A DNA stretch of 62,915 nt, filler included, from Basidioascus undulatus (GCA_000826855.1; 6 parts of 6 records of this genome joined end to end with filler, not necessarily neighbours in it), one strand, 5' to 3'. Numbered from the whole stretch's first letter, positions 1 to 13,188 are shown. Program-made: numbers and translations. Notes: a model not told the origin generated them from the letters alone.

Positions 1-1835
1 TTTTACCAAGGTCCTCTGATATTTCAGCCTGGAGACAGAGGATCAATGAAGGCAGCTGGCTAAGTGGGTTTCTGGGGAGGGCAGACGTCGCGGAGGAGGG
101 TATGGGCGGCGTGTCCCGGCCCGCGAGGAACGCGCCCTCGGACTTCGTTGTGGGCAGGCGGAGGTCGCGGATTGCCTCGACTTGGCGCGCACGCTTCTCC
201 CCCAGCGCAACGTCTCGCTTGGCCGAGTTGTACATGTACAGCCCCAGGCCGGTGAGCGCGATGCCAAGGCACTGCGCGGCGTGCACGGGCTGCGAGAACC
301 AGACGATCGCACTGCGGAGTGGGTGAAAGGTCAGCGGTGTGTGGAAAGGGAAGGGGAGGGAAGGAGAGGAGGGAGGAGAAGGAGAAGGAGGGGGATAGGT
401 GAGGAGGGGAAAGGGGAAGGGACGCACATGCAGATGACCGCGATGCGCTTGACGAGGGAGGCGATGGAGTAGGTGACGGGGGAGGTAGACGCGAGGATGG
501 CGAACGCGAGGAGGTTCTGCGCAAAGTGTACCGTGCCGTTCAAGAAGAGGTACAGGACGACGTGGTGCGTGCCCTGGTGTGCGGTGGGCGCGCGGTGGTC
601 GTGCGGGTCGAGCCAGCGCTGGACGAGGGCGGCGCCGTCGGACCAGAGCCAGAGGGGGAGCATGGCGCAGAAGGCCATGCCGGACGAGTAGAAGAGGAGG
701 TTGAGCTTGTCGAGCTTCGGTCCCGGCGCCGCGTGCGCGCCGTCCGAGGGCAGGAGCTTTTTGGAGAAGATGTTTTGCGAGACGAAGACGAGCGTGGACC
801 CCAGGGCGCAGAGGAAGCCGAACGTGTTGGTTGCGGACATGTCGAATGCCGTGGCGAGCATGACGCCCAGGGTGAGCGGGAGGAGGGAGAGGTAGGTTGC
901 GGGCGAGTAGCGGACGTTGAAGAGCAGGGCGTAGGAGGCGACGGTGAAGAGGGGGGAGAGGGCCTGCCGGAGGGAGGTGGGGGGGTGAGATTCCTCCATC
1001 GCTATGGGAGTGGGGAGGAACGCACCTTGATGGTATGCACCGTGCTAACGGGCACCCTCGAGATGGCCAAGCTCGAGAAGATGTGACCCGCGATCTGGAA
1101 CCCAGCCATGGGCGCGGTAGTCCAGAGGATCTGGCGCGTGGGCGCGCGGAGGCGCGTCATGCCCACGGCGGGGTGGCTCGCGATCCAGCAGTAGAGGGCG
1201 ACGAACCCGAACTGGACGAAGGTGAGGGTGACGGGGAAGCGGAACGAGTTGAGGATGACCTTGCCCGTGTTGGAGCTCATCGCGGAGGACGTGTACCACA
1301 GCATGCACAGCGCGACGAAGCGCACGTGCTCCCGCCCGGGGAGCGCAGGGACGCTCGGCGGCGCGGGCATCGGGGAGCCAGGATGCCGCCGCGGGGGCAG
1401 GGAGATGTACAGCGCGAGGTGTCGCCGGAAGTTGGCGAGCCCGTTCGAGAGGAAGGTCGACAGCGGCGTGCGCGAGCTCCAGGCTCTGTCGCTCCCGCCG
1501 AACGGCAACCCCCCATCACCGACGCTCCCGTCGGCGTCCGCCAAACTGCTCGCGCCGCCGCCCCAGTCCTGCGCAGGCCCCCAGCTATCGCGCGCCTTGT
1601 ACGCGTGCGCGCGCGCGAGGGGCCCACCGTCGCCGCGCGCGCCCCAGCCCGCGACGGTGCTGAGGTCGGGGGTGTCGAGCGGATGGTACGCGCGCTGGCG
1701 GGGCGTGTGAGGATCGGAGGGCCGTTTGGAGTGCATTCTGCCGGGGGACGGGGCAGGGGGAGGGGGAGCGAAGGCGTGGGCGGCGGACGAGCGCCGGCAG
1801 GAGGTGTGCGTCTGCGGTGGCGGGTGGGCAGACAT
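1..1835 (-). CDS. Triose-phosphate/nucleotide-sugar transporter family protein (Sly41-like); 3 exons seen, 3' end runs off the window
   Basis: Exon 1 ...LWYTSSAMSSNTGKVIL..FPVTLTFVQF..SLAISRVPVSTVHTIK, exon 2 ALSPLFTV..LSLLPLTLGVMLA..FVSQNIFSKKLL..LDKLNLLFYSS..SPVTYSIASLVKRIAVI, exon 3 AIVWFSQPVH..GLGLYMYN; GT-AG introns near 1026-965 and 427-313; no stop before base 1. Confidence 0.9.
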
Positions 1836-2409
1836 GGCGGAGGGACGGGGAGGGAGGGGACAGGGTCAGAATACGGTGGAAGAAGAGAAGCGGGTTGTTG
1901 AGAAGACAGAAAGGAATGTGCGTGCAGCGGACGGCGGGAAAGATGTCTAGCAGCAGCAGCGGAGCACACAGAGATGCGTGCGACTCAAGGCGCCGGTGGA
2001 ACAAACCACCCAGCTGGGCTCTCCTCAGTCGGGCGAGAGGAGGACATGTGGACCTCGGTGAAGTTGTGTCTGGGTCTCAGCGGGGTGGGCAGCACGAGCG
2101 CACCTTTGTCCGGTGCGCGCGAGGTCAGCTCTAGTGAGGGCGTGGCTGCTGAGCTCGCTGTGTGCGGCGGAGGGGCGTCCGGGATGGGGAGGACGCTGGC
2201 TGGGATGGAGATGGAGATGGAGATGGGGGTGGTGCAAAAGAGGACTTGGACGCATGCGCAGTGCAGGGAGGAAGCAAGAGCGTGAACCCCGCTCGTTACC
2301 CCGCAGTGACAGGAGCGGCCCATGTCACATCTTTGACAGTGCGCTCCCGAGACGCGTCCAGCCTTCTTGTTATTGTCTTCCTCTCATCACACATGCGAAC
2401 ACATTCCCA

Positions 2410-2932
2410 ATGACCAGCACCGGTACCCCCGACGGACTCCCATCAGCAACCACCGACATCGAGTCCTCCAACCCCTACGCATCCTCGCCGCACCTCTCCC
2501 CGCTCGAGGCGGATGTGCTCTGGGAGTACGCAAAGATCAGCGCGCTCCTCAAACGCGTCCGTTCAGCACTCTCCCCTTCCTCCTTTACTCCATCACGCTT
2601 CTTTCTGACATTTTCGTAAGGATTGGGCAGCTCAATGCAGTAGCAAAGTCCACATCCGACACGCCCAACGCCCAGCTGCTCGCCGACCTTCGCTTGCTCG
2701 AGCAGAAGATGGGCCTCGTCCTCACCCTCGTCCGTCTTCTCTCCTCTCCCCTCCCCTCCCCACCTTCCATTCCTCCTCATCTCCCTTCCCCACCCACCTC
2801 ACACCCTCCTCCCCGCAGTACAAAGCCTCCGTCTGGTCCGTCATCGTCGACGAGGAGACCGAGGCTGCCAAAGCCCAGGCGGCGGCGGCGGCAAGGGAGG
2901 AGGCGGAGTACGATGCGTTTGGGGCGCGATGA
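2410..2932 (+). CDS. DAD3: DASH/Dam1 kinetochore complex subunit Dad3 (3 exons: ~2410-2556, 2631-2729, 2819-2932)
   Basis: Spliced product NPYASSPHLSPLEADVLWEYAKI...LLADLRLLEQKMGLVLTL/YKASVWSVI matches the Dad3 signature (LSPLEQEVL.EY...LR.LE.K..LV.TL.KASV.S). Confidence 0.9.
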
Positions 2933-5929
2933 GGGAGGGTGAGGAGGGAGGGAGGAGGAGACTGTTGTACGAGTATGTGGGTATCGCATTCGCATGATAC
3001 CCTGATACCTCGCCGTCTCCTCAGGCGCTCACGGGGCGGCAGTGTCGCTTCGATAATGATCGCTTATCACCCGCTGGCCCTCTATGGAACGACTCATACC
3101 AGCTCATCTTCTCCATCCCTTCGATCGATCTCTGAATCCCCCGCGCGCACTCAACTCGCCTCTCCCCGCCCCTCTCCGGCTTGCCCGCACGCTTCTCACC
3201 CACCCACTGTCTGTCCGGACCGGAACTCCCCCATCCACCTATATCTGACCTCCTCGCAAGGGCACGCACAACCCGCACTTCTCGAAGATCTCGCCTACTC
3301 CCCATCTCACAACCCACCTCCCGAACCTCCCATCTCTTTCGACCCCCGCACGAACCATCTCCCCACAGACGCATGTCTCGCCCGCCCCACATACTCGCGC
3401 GAACTCGTTTCTCCTCGTCATGCCACCCCGAGCACGGGCATTCACCGTTCCTTCCCAGCCTCTCCCATCCCCTCAAGCCGAACCCTCCTCGACAAGCAGC
3501 CCGACCTCCCGCGCGCACTGCACGAACGCCCTGCGCAGGATGCATGTGTCCCTCTGCGTATCTAGCACCGCTTCAGGCCTTCCACTTCGAGGACACAGTA
3601 CATTGCTTGCGATTGATAGGGGTGGGCACTTCGGGGGGGACGATTGATGCAATCGGAGGATAGCGCAGGAGTGTGAGGCGATGTGCGGATGGGAGGCGGC
3701 GTTGTCTCGAGCGTGAGACACACCAAACTGAGAGTCGGAGCGCACTGCTTGGCCATCACGCAACGCGGTGCGGTCGGTCCTAGGTGTTGGCCGACGCCGG
3801 CAGTCGAGCTTCGAACCATCCCCCAGCCCTCTCCAGGAGGTTTGTTTCTGTGTGGTCTAAACTGAAGCTTTGGGGCTCAAAGGGATATCATTCGGGGGTG
3901 TAATTTACCCCAATCTGACATCGCCCAAACCCGACAGCCAGACAGCGCGCAGCCCTGCCGGCCCTGGCACTTTCAAGGACGCACAGGCGGGTTGTCGGCC
4001 GTGCAACCAAGGTGGGATGCGGGTGCTTTCCAATTGCACAAAACAAAGTGCTGAAGGTGAATTTGCACACTTCCTTTCAGAGAACGATACGGCCCGCCGC
4101 GTGGTATGTACTACTCTGGCAAGCTTGCGTTGTAATTGTTGGACTCCAGCACGCCTCGAGGCAGCGGAAGAGCGACATGGCCTACTGTGTGTGTGCGTGT
4201 GGTTAGATCCCAGACCTTCAGTCTGCTGTCTGCCGTCCTGTGCACACAGGCAAAGCGGCATGGCTTGTTACGCAGCGCATCGCGAAGCTCTGGTTCTGTA
4301 ATCTATCCCCTGTTCAGAATCGACGTCTCCCTCAACCCTAATACAAGTGTAAAAGTGGACCACATAACTTGGTTCAAACTTCTCTACGGAAGCTACTTCA
4401 ACCTCTTCCTTTCTTGAGGGATTGGCGGCCTGCCGGCCAACGATGCTGTCCGGAAAGACGCATCACACCACACTCGTGTGGCAGCCAGTCATCCTCGGTT
4501 CTGGTCTCCCTGACTGGCCTCAAGAAGATTCAAACCCACCCCTGCTCGTGAATCCACGGCCTTGCGCAATTGTTAGTCCGTCTGGCGGTGTCTGTTTGGA
4601 AGAGAGCAGCCTCGGGAGATTCTCGTCGATGCCGCGTTCACCCCTGCATAATACGCTCACCACGTTTCCATATAGACTCTTCCAATAAGAGCTGAAAGTA
4701 AACGTGCAGCCGTCCAGTGCAATTGGAATTATGCAGCTCTACGGTTCTATCTCCGCTTGGGACTCGGCTTCGTCCTAACTAGTTGCTGATCCGGATAGAA
4801 TTCCTCCACGACCGCTCTGTGGAGTGGACTTCTAGGGGTGCAAGGTATGCCGATGATGTAGGGACTGATGCCAAAGCTCATTCGAGGAGACTTGAGACAA
4901 TCCTTTGACGCCCGCATGGCGGACGTCGCCTTAGTCAGGTTGCGAGAGCCAGTATTCGCGACCACGGGATCTCATACCAACAGACAAATGGTTGTACACC
5001 TCGTCCGACATTTACGACATCTGAGTACCTCTGATACCCTCCCGACGCGACTGCCATGCGAAGGCAGCCTGCTTGTTACGTACTAGGATTGCGTTTCCAT
5101 CCCAACACTGCCTTAAGCTGGAGGTTTCTTCGCGCCCGTAAGTATCAAAGCTCAGTCACAGACAAGAATATTCTCGAGTATAAAAAAGAAATTTTCCAAA
5201 GCCAAAGTTCTGGCGAGAGCAAGTACTAGAGGCGTGTCAGCAGTTTTTCAGTACCCAGCCTTCAGCACCCAGCGCCGTGCCGGGGGTGTTCAGGGCCGTT
5301 AAGTGTGCCATCACTGACAGAACATAAATTTCAAACCTTTGAGATACAAATTTTATCGTACTGCGTGCAATAAACAAGTGGGGAGGAAGGGGGCGCGGCC
5401 GGTTGCTGCTGAATGGTTCCTTCCCTGGGAAGCCCCCGCCCCAGCCTATGTACCGACGAGGTACACCCGCTGCGTGCATGCATTGGTTCACTTCGCAGTA
5501 AAGTGTTTTACAGTCAGTTTCAAGACGAATGGGGGTTGGCAATCACCCCAAAGCAAGTATCGTGGCAGTGCTAATGCCAGACTGCCAGTCTCCCGGACAG
5601 CGGTGTTGTGGCGCACTTCCGCCTCATGCAGTCGCTCGGCACCAGGCTCTGGCCGTCTCTTTGACATTCTATAGAGACTTTTGAACTGCTGTTGACATGA
5701 AAGCGCAAGGTGTTTTGCTATGTTCCGACCTGGACACCTTGTATTTATTCCTCGCCTGAGCGTTGACGGCGATCGAGGACTCGGTCGCTCATTTCACTTT
5801 CTGCCGCTCACCCCTCTGCTCGCCTCTCGCCCCTCTGCTCGCTTTTCTCTCTTCTCTCGGTCGTACATTTCTCCTCTGATGCTCTCTCCTCACCTCTATC
5901 CTCTCTCCTCTCAGGGCACAGGCAGCAGG

Positions 5930-7007
5930 ATGATTCTGCGGTGCCTACCACTCTGCTCTGTTCGGTCTAGCCGTCTAGAGTGGCGTACTCCCCCCCGTGC
6001 ACGCAGCCCTCTTCGGCTCCTCCGATTTGTGCGCTTGAGTTCGGTCTCTTATTTTTCCTTAACACCTCGGCCCTGACGTACTGGTGTCCCCCGCAGGACC
6101 TTGAGCATCCCGAACCCCTTCATACCGTGCGAGGCGAACGTCATCACGTTGAATGATGCAAATGCAACGCACCACCGGGTGAGTTGAACTCCTTATGGTG
6201 CACATACCTGCCCAATCCTTCTGAACTCTCTTTAAACTGCAGTGGATTACAGAAAACGCGGACGACTGAAAGGGAAACTACATCAGAGTTCACGGACACC
6301 ACGTGCTTGCTGGTTGCTTTCAACTTATTGCGTCCAGCCAGGCTCTGACAGAAGGGGTGATCTCAGCACGGGGTACGTGTTCACTCTCGCCGTCCGCTCC
6401 CACACTTCCGCCACAGCCTCCGATTCGGGCATCGGGCTCGAGAACATCGACGCGTGGAGCTGGCGGTGGACCGTCCCGCGGAGCTACGCCGGGCACGCCC
6501 TCACCTTCGCGTACCACGTTGAGACGCTCAGTGAGCGGGCCAACATGATCTGTGTCTACACGCTCGAGCAATGGGTCGGCCAGAAAGTGGGTGGGACAGT
6601 GTCCGCGTCGACGAGGTCGTGTGCGACAGACGGATCGACCGCCACATCTCTCACGCAGTCTGTGACGGCGAGCGCCATTCAGAGGGGAAACGAGGAAAAG
6701 GACGGTTGACCCAGTATTGCTGCAATAGCCGGGGGCGCTGCAGGGCGGTGCGGTGGTTCTACTGGCGGTCGTCGCATTCACGTGAGTCCAGTGTGCCCCT
6801 CCCTTTCACCCCATCCCCCTCACCCTTAGCCGCTCTGCTCCCCTTTCCCTGTTCCCACTTCCAGATTCTTCCTTCTCCGCCGCCGCCGTCGTCGCAGCGA
6901 GACCTTCGCCCCCGTCCCGACCAGCCCTTCCGCAGATGGTGCCGATGCGGAGAAAGACGTGCTGTCGACTCTGAAGGTACAGGACGGTTTGGGCCCCATC
7001 CAATCTC
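5930..7007 (+). pseudogene. Disrupted single-pass type I membrane protein gene (ectodomain, Ser/Thr linker, TM helix, polybasic tail)
   Basis: Reconstructs as ...EEKDG*PSIAAIAGGAA(G, frameshift)GAVVLLAVVAFT/FFLLRRRRRRSETF; TGA at 6707-6709, extra G near 6743, a further in-frame TGA near 6267; intact GTGAGT...CAG intron 6782-6864; start position uncertain. Confidence 0.6.
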
Positions 7008-7107
7008 NNNNNNNNNNNNNNNNNNNNNNNNNNNNNNNNNNNNNNNNNNNNTTAATTAATTAANNNNNNNNNNNNNNNNNNNNNNNNNNNNNNNNNNNNN
7101 NNNNNNN
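7008..7107. other. Artificial contig linker N44-TTAATTAATTAA-N44
   Basis: Identical 100-nt spacer with six-frame stops, seen five times in the window. Confidence 0.97.
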
Positions 7108-7587
7108 AGCGGAAAGAGGTAAAGTGGATTTCTGCGGTAGCGAACACTGAGTGAGTACATCCGGCCGCTGTATGCTGGGGACCCTCTGTCTTCCTGCCAG
7201 AGCCACGGCCAGGGAGCACGCCGTCTGCTCTTGCGCCGGCTCGCGAGCCATACACCCACCTCCGCCAATGTCGACAGCTCCGCCCAACAGCCCGATGAAA
7301 AGCGAGCTTACCTCGAAATTCCCCAATCAGAGGAAGCGAGTCGAGCTCAAAAGCGAGTCCAAGCCGGACGGCGAGCGAGCGAACTGAGGAAGACGAAGCC
7401 TGGGCCGCCAAGGTGCGCTCGAATGAGCTCCGGGCTCAGGCAATACAAAGGTTCCAGAGTCAGGGGGAATACGAACGGCGTATGGACCACCGCGGTTAGT
7501 CTCGTCAGTCGTTCAGAAGATGAGCTCGGGTGGAAGAGGTGTGAAGGCGCGACGTTCATGTGCTTCGAGCGAGATTTCTGGGAGCAT
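7108..7587 (-). pseudogene. Probable decayed F-box gene (5' part)
   Basis: Across frames: PLPPELIF*..., LWNLCIA*..., FERTLAAQ..SSVRSLAV then a GTAAGC donor; resembles basidiomycete F-box N-termini; broken by stops and frameshifts. Confidence 0.35.
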
Positions 7588-8200
7588 TGCGGCGCAATCT
7601 CCGACGGGAATTTCATACTAAGGGGGCTCCGCATGTTGTCGCCTCTTAACCTTCGGTGGAGTCGTCCCCTGTGTATGCACCTTTCATTTCACACTTCAGG
7701 AAGTCGATGTACTTGCATGCATGACTCATGGAGGAGGGGAGAAGTTAAGAGGCGGGGAGATGAAGAAAGGGAAGGATGTCATGCAGCTGCCTGGGTCGGG
7801 GCTGGCGGGCTGCGAGCGCGGGTCGACGCTTCCCAAAACAAAACAATTCTTCTTGTACACGAAAGTAAAGAAACCAAGAAATGAATCGATGCAGCACGCC
7901 AGAGTATGAAAGAAATGAATGAAGAAGACTGAAAGCGCTGCAGAACAAGGCCAAGGCAGCCATGCTACTATGACTACAGTATAAGACCAAATGTCTCGCC
8001 CAAGCGCCGACTTTTGCCTCTCGCCGTCTTCGCCTTTGCCTTCGCCCTTCACGCTCCTCTGCTCCTTCGCTCCCTCGCCGCTCGCACTCTCTTTCTCGCC
8101 GCCGACGCCGAGCCTGCAGAGCAGCATACCGACCTCCGTACCGGACGCCCTCTCTCCCTCCCCACCTATACCTTTCTCGCCCCCTACCCGGCCGCCCAGC

Positions 8201-11172
8201 ATGGTCGCCGCCCCCGCGCACTACGATGGCGAGCTCGACATCGACTACACCGACATCTACGAAAAGTGCGTCGGGGCGGGCTCCTCGCAAAAAAAGAAAG
8301 AGAACGGGAGACTGACTGGGGGGTGTGCACACGCAGGTACCAAGTCGAGGCGGACAGCAGCCTGGACAACATCCTCGTGATCGACGGCATCCCCGTCGTC
8401 AATGAGGAGCGCAAGGCCAAGCTGTTCAAGGTCCTCCGCAAGACCTTCTCCTCCAAGGCCGGCGTCGAGCTCGACGACGACGCGTTCTTCATGCCCCTCG
8501 CCAACGGCGAGGGCCAGGGGTGCGTCGTCTTCCCTCTTTCCTTCCTCCCAGTCTTGCCTCTTCTTTCCTTTCCGAGAAGCATGTGTATTGATGAGTTGGT
8601 ATTGTATTCAGATACGTCTTCGCCACGCTCCCCACCACCGAGGAGGCGACGCTCCTCCTCCGCCGCCTCGACGGCGTCGCGTTCGACAAGAACCACACCT
8701 TCTTCATCAACCGCTTCACCGAGGTCGAGAAGTACGCCCAGCTCGCGGAGGAGTATGCTGAGCCGCCCGCCCCGGAGTACAAGGAGAAGGTGCGTCTCTT
8801 GCAATCCACCTTCGTTTTGGCGGGACAGGCCACGCTGATGCGGGACGGGATCGCATCGCAGGAGCATCTCCGCTCGTGGCTCGCCGACCCCGCGGGCCGC
8901 GACCAGTTCATCGCCTTCCGCGGCGACGAGGTCTCCGTTAACTGGCACGGGCGCGCGAACGCGCCCGCGGACGTCGCGCACGTCCGCCAGGTGCGTCTTC
9001 TGCACTTCCTCACCAAGGTTCCTTCACCCAAACTCATTTCTGCTTGGTGCCACAGCAATGGACCAACTCGTACATGTCCTTCTCCCCGAACGGCACCTAC
9101 GTCGCCTCTCTCCACCGGCAAGGCGTGATCCTTCACGGCGGCCCTTCCTTCGCCGAGATCGGGCGGTTCGCGCACCCGAACGTGAAGCTGATCGACTTCT
9201 CCCCGAACGAGTCGTACTTCGTGACCTGGTCGAACGAGCCGATCGTGCTCCCTCCCCCTGGCGCGGCAACCCAGTGCCCGTTCACGGAGGACGACGAGGG
9301 GAACAGCATCGCGGTGTGGGACATCCGGACTTTTTCCCTGCTGCGCACGTTTGCCGTCGCGCCGGGCAAGATGCAGTGGCCCATCCTCAAGTGGTCCGGC
9401 GACGAGAAGTACGTCGGGCGCCTGACGCCGGGCAGCCAGATCAGCGTGTACCAGACGCCCGAGATGGGGCTGGTTGACAAGAAGAGCATCAAGATCGAGG
9501 GAGTCGTCGACTTCGAATGGGCGCCGTTTGGAGACAAGGAGCGCGACGCCCAGGCGGCGCTCGCGAACGGCGGGAAGGGCAAGGGACCTAGGGAGAACAT
9601 GCTCGCCTTTTGGACCCCCGAGGTCGAGAACCAGCCTGCCCGTGTCACGCTCATGGCGTTCCCCTCCCGCGCCATCCTCCGCTCTAAGAACCTCTTCAAC
9701 GTCTCCGACGTGCGTTCCCCTCCCTCCTCTCCCAGCGCCCCTCCGATTCTCCTTTACCTCTTTCTTAGCGTATCATTTGTTGACATTCGATGATGGGCGA
9801 ACCCGCAGGCCAAGCTCTTCTGGCAGAACAACGGCGACTTCCTCTGCGTCAAGGTCGACCGCCACACCAAGACCAAGAAGTCCATCTTCTGCAACCTCGA
9901 GCTCTTCCGCGTCCGCGAGAAGGACTACCCCGTCGAGGTCGTCGAGCTCAAGGGTCCGTCCCCTCTCCCACTCCCTTCCTACTCTTCCTCCTCCTCTTCA
10001 TCTTTCTCCGCCCCGCCCGCTCTCGTTGTGGACTGACGAGTACGTTGTGCGGCAATCAGACACCGTCACCGCGTTCGCGTGGGAGCCCAAGGGCGAGCGC
10101 TTCGCGATCATCTCCTCCAACGACCCGAACCTCGCGCAGCCGACTCCGGGTGTCACGATCAAGACGTCTGTGTCGTTCTACCAGCTCGACCGGACCAAGG
10201 GCGACTTCAAGCTGCTCAGTGCGTCTTCCTCTTCCCGTCCCCCTCCTCGCCTCCTCACTCCCTCCTCCGTTCCTCCCCTTCCCACCCTTCCTTACCTTCC
10301 CCTCAGTCGCTAACGCCACCCGTCGTCGCTATCGCTCCTCCAGAGACGCTCGAGAACAAGACGACGAACACGATCTTCTGGTCGCCGCGCGGGCGGCACG
10401 TCGTGCTCGCGACGCTCGGCTCGTCCACCAAGTTCGACATCGAGTTCTGGGACGTCGACTATAACGCTGACGACCGCAAGGACGGAGCGGCGCCTGCGTC
10501 TGCGAACAAGGAGGACTGGGGCGCCGGCGTCCAGCTCATGAGCACCGGCGAGCACTACGGCATCACCGACATCGAGTGGGACCCGTCCGGGCGCTTCCTC
10601 GCGACTAGCGCGTCGAGCTGGAGGCATACGGTGCGTCTTCCACCTCATCCAATTGCCCGGCAGGATGGTGCTGATTCTGCGGATGGGGATGGCAGCTCGA
10701 GAACGGGTACACGATCTGGGACCTGCGCGGCACGGAGCTGCAGAAGCACGTGATCGACAAGTTCAAGCAGTTCCTCTGGCGCCCTCGCCCGCGCACGCTG
10801 CTCCCCAAGGACGAGCAGAAGCGCGTGCGTAAGACGCTCCGCGAGTACAGCCGCACGTTCGACGACGAGGACGCCGCGGAGGAGAGCAATGTCTCGGCCG
10901 AGCTCCTCGCGCACCGCAAGCGCCTCATCGAGGAGTGGAACGCGTGGCGCCAGAAGGTCCGCAAGGAGCTCGCTGAGGAGTGCAAGGCCGCCGGCAAGGA
11001 CGTGCCCGGAGTGCTCAAGAAGGAGGAGGCCGACACGGTCGTGGAGGACTGGGTGGAGGAGGTGCGTGCCACTCTTCTTTTCTCTCTGCCAACCTTCCTT
11101 TTTTGACGCTGACGTGTTACGGGCGATCGGGAACAGATCATCGAGGAGACGGAGGAGGTCCTCGTGGGCTGA
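8201..11172 (+). CDS. PRT1: Translation initiation factor eIF3 subunit B, multi-exon
   Basis: RRM segment [12 protein letters not shown]...[28 protein letters not shown], beta-propeller [74 protein letters not shown]-terminal [14 protein letters not shown] at 11170-11172. Confidence 0.97.
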
Positions 11173-11927
11173 GTGGTCGTGCAGTGAAGGGACTCGAGAA
11201 AGTGTTCTTTCGTGGGGCTCTTGCATGTTGTTTCTATCTTTTTCGAGACGAGCACTGCTTGCATCTTCGGTTACATCCGTCTGCGAATGCCGTAGGTGGA
11301 GTTACGGAAAGGGTGTGGTGCTCAGAGAAAGAACGCGGGCGCACGGTACATGGGACAAGCTCGTCTTCGCGCCGTTGCGGTGTGCGCTGAATGGTAGAAG
11401 GAAGGACCTGGAAAGACATCGCATGAAGAATGGCTTGTGTAGTCTATTGGAGAGGAGGAGGAGGTGCAGTAACCAGCGGCAGTGAAGTTTCGAGTCAGCG
11501 CTCATGGCAATCGCATGCGTTTCCGGCGAACCTGTATGAGCTATTTATTGCTTGGGGGTAACCCTTTGTTTTGTTTTGTTTTTGCCGTGAATTACTGGAT
11601 AGTTCTGTTGGGTGTGCCGACAACGCACTGCAGGAGCCAGTTGCTGCATCGCTCACTCGCCGCTTCGATGAAGAATAGCAGCACCCCGATCACCAAGTCC
11701 TAGCGCTGTCATGGCACTTGAATTGGATAACACAGCAATAAGGCTGTCGTTTCCCTCAGACCAGCACAGCTTACACCGAATGCTTCCGTGCATGCGTCGC
11801 TCGCAGTTTGCGCTGTCGCACACTCTGCATCCGGATCAGGGGCAGCCTGCACGTTTGCCTTGACTCAAGTACGAATAGCTGTTTCCCCTTCTTCTACACT
11901 CACAATCTTCACAGCACATCCCTCACA

Positions 11928-12636
11928 ATGCTATTCACGCTGACTCCGAAACTGCTCCTCATTGCAAGTCTTGTCGCCGCCGCCGCCTCAGCGAGCTCCA
12001 GCACGTTGCTCCAGCCACGCCAGCTCTCGGCCCCCTCCGCCTGCCTCGACGCCTGCTCCCAGATAGAGGCCTTCGTAGCCGAAGCGACTACCTGCGCATC
12101 GCCGACGTGCATCTGCGTCCCGCTGTTCCCGCAGTCCTACACCGACTGCCACGACTGCCTCGTCAACTTGCCCGTCGAGGCGACGCCGACGGGGCTGGCC
12201 GCCATCACGGGTGCAGATCCGACACCCACTGCTCGGAGCGGCTACTCTTCGGCGTCGGGTGGCGACATGCTTGGGGCGTCAGCGCCAGGCAGGTCGATTC
12301 GCGGTCGAGCAGCTCGATCTGCTATACACGAGTGCGTCTGGGTTAGCGCGTTTGCAGAGGTTGCGAACGCCGAGAAACTAACCCTCAAGTTGATATTTTT
12401 GCATTGCAGCACTTGTGGAGAGCTGTAACGCGCTGGGTGAACCCATCGCTACATCCGCCACGCCCACGGCAACGAGCACAAGGACTGGCGTTCCGGGCGT
12501 CAACATCGCGTCTGGGACGGAGGGACAGTCACCGGTAGAGACAGCCAGGGATCTGACGCTTGGGGCTTCTCGTTTGGGGATATCTGGCGCACTTGCTGTG
12601 TTTGCTGGAACTTTTCTGTCGTGGATTTTGTTTTGA
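11928..12636 (+). CDS. Small secreted 8-Cys CFEM-like protein with a predicted GPI anchor (introns ~12211-12292 and 12332-12409)
   Basis: Signal peptide MLFTLTPKLLLIASLVAAAASA; C-x3-C-x12-C-x4-CxC-x10-C-x2-C...C; Thr-rich stalk; hydrophobic C-terminus GASRLGISGALAVFAGTFLSWILF*. Confidence 0.7.
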
Positions 12637-13048
12637 GGCCGAACTACAGGGGCATACACACGATGGCAATCGATCGCCTCCTCCCAGACCGCGGTTTCTG
12701 TTGGGCTGCTCTGATTCACACGAGAGACATCAAAGACTGTCAAACGGAATCTTTACCTAGAGTGTGCCGATTGTTCCAGAAAGAGTCGCGACAGGTCGCG
12801 ATCCGCTCGTATGAGCCAGGCCGGCCACGGAGCTGCCGTTCAGCGGGGCTCGCAGGACGACTGGACACGGTTCCAGCATGAAACTCAAATTTCCTCGACC
12901 TGCACGCTTCTACCGTCCAAATAAGATGTTCACAGACTGTGTGCTATTTGATCTTGACGTGCCTTTCGAACATCCTGCCCCTGCGTGCCGCCTGTCGTGC
13001 TTTGAAACACTGTCGTTTGTGAGCGAGTAGGCTGGCCTTCCGCCTTAC

Positions 13049-13076
13049 GCCATCCGCCATCCGCCATCCGCCATCC
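13049..13076 (+). repeat. (GCCATCC)x4 tandem repeat in a promoter
   Basis: gccatccgccatccgccatccgccatcc, about 100 bp upstream of a TATA box. Confidence 0.85.
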
Positions 13077-13180
13077 TGTAGATTGCTAGCCGAATGCATC
13101 ATCACCTTGCGAATAGTTTTCAGCCTGCTCCTGCCTCCCGCGGACCCATCCGCCGTTGTGGTATATTGTCCTCTGAGCTC

Positions 13181-13188
13181 TATATAAA
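13181..13188 (+). promoter_or_regulatory. TATA box of the secreted-protein gene
   Basis: TATATAAA about 165 bp upstream of ATG 13347, followed by a pyrimidine-rich leader. Confidence 0.6.

Noticed and set aside
3000..3700. Minus-strand coding-like stretch with stops
   Set aside because: No recognisable family; cannot be told from GC-rich intergenic DNA
5228..5700. Possible non-autonomous DNA transposon (TGTCAGCAGTT ... AACTGCTGTTGACA)
   Set aside because: Inverted match is short and gapped; no target-site duplication seen
7052..7063. TTAATTAATTAA palindrome as a biological site
   Set aside because: Always centred in N runs; synthetic linker
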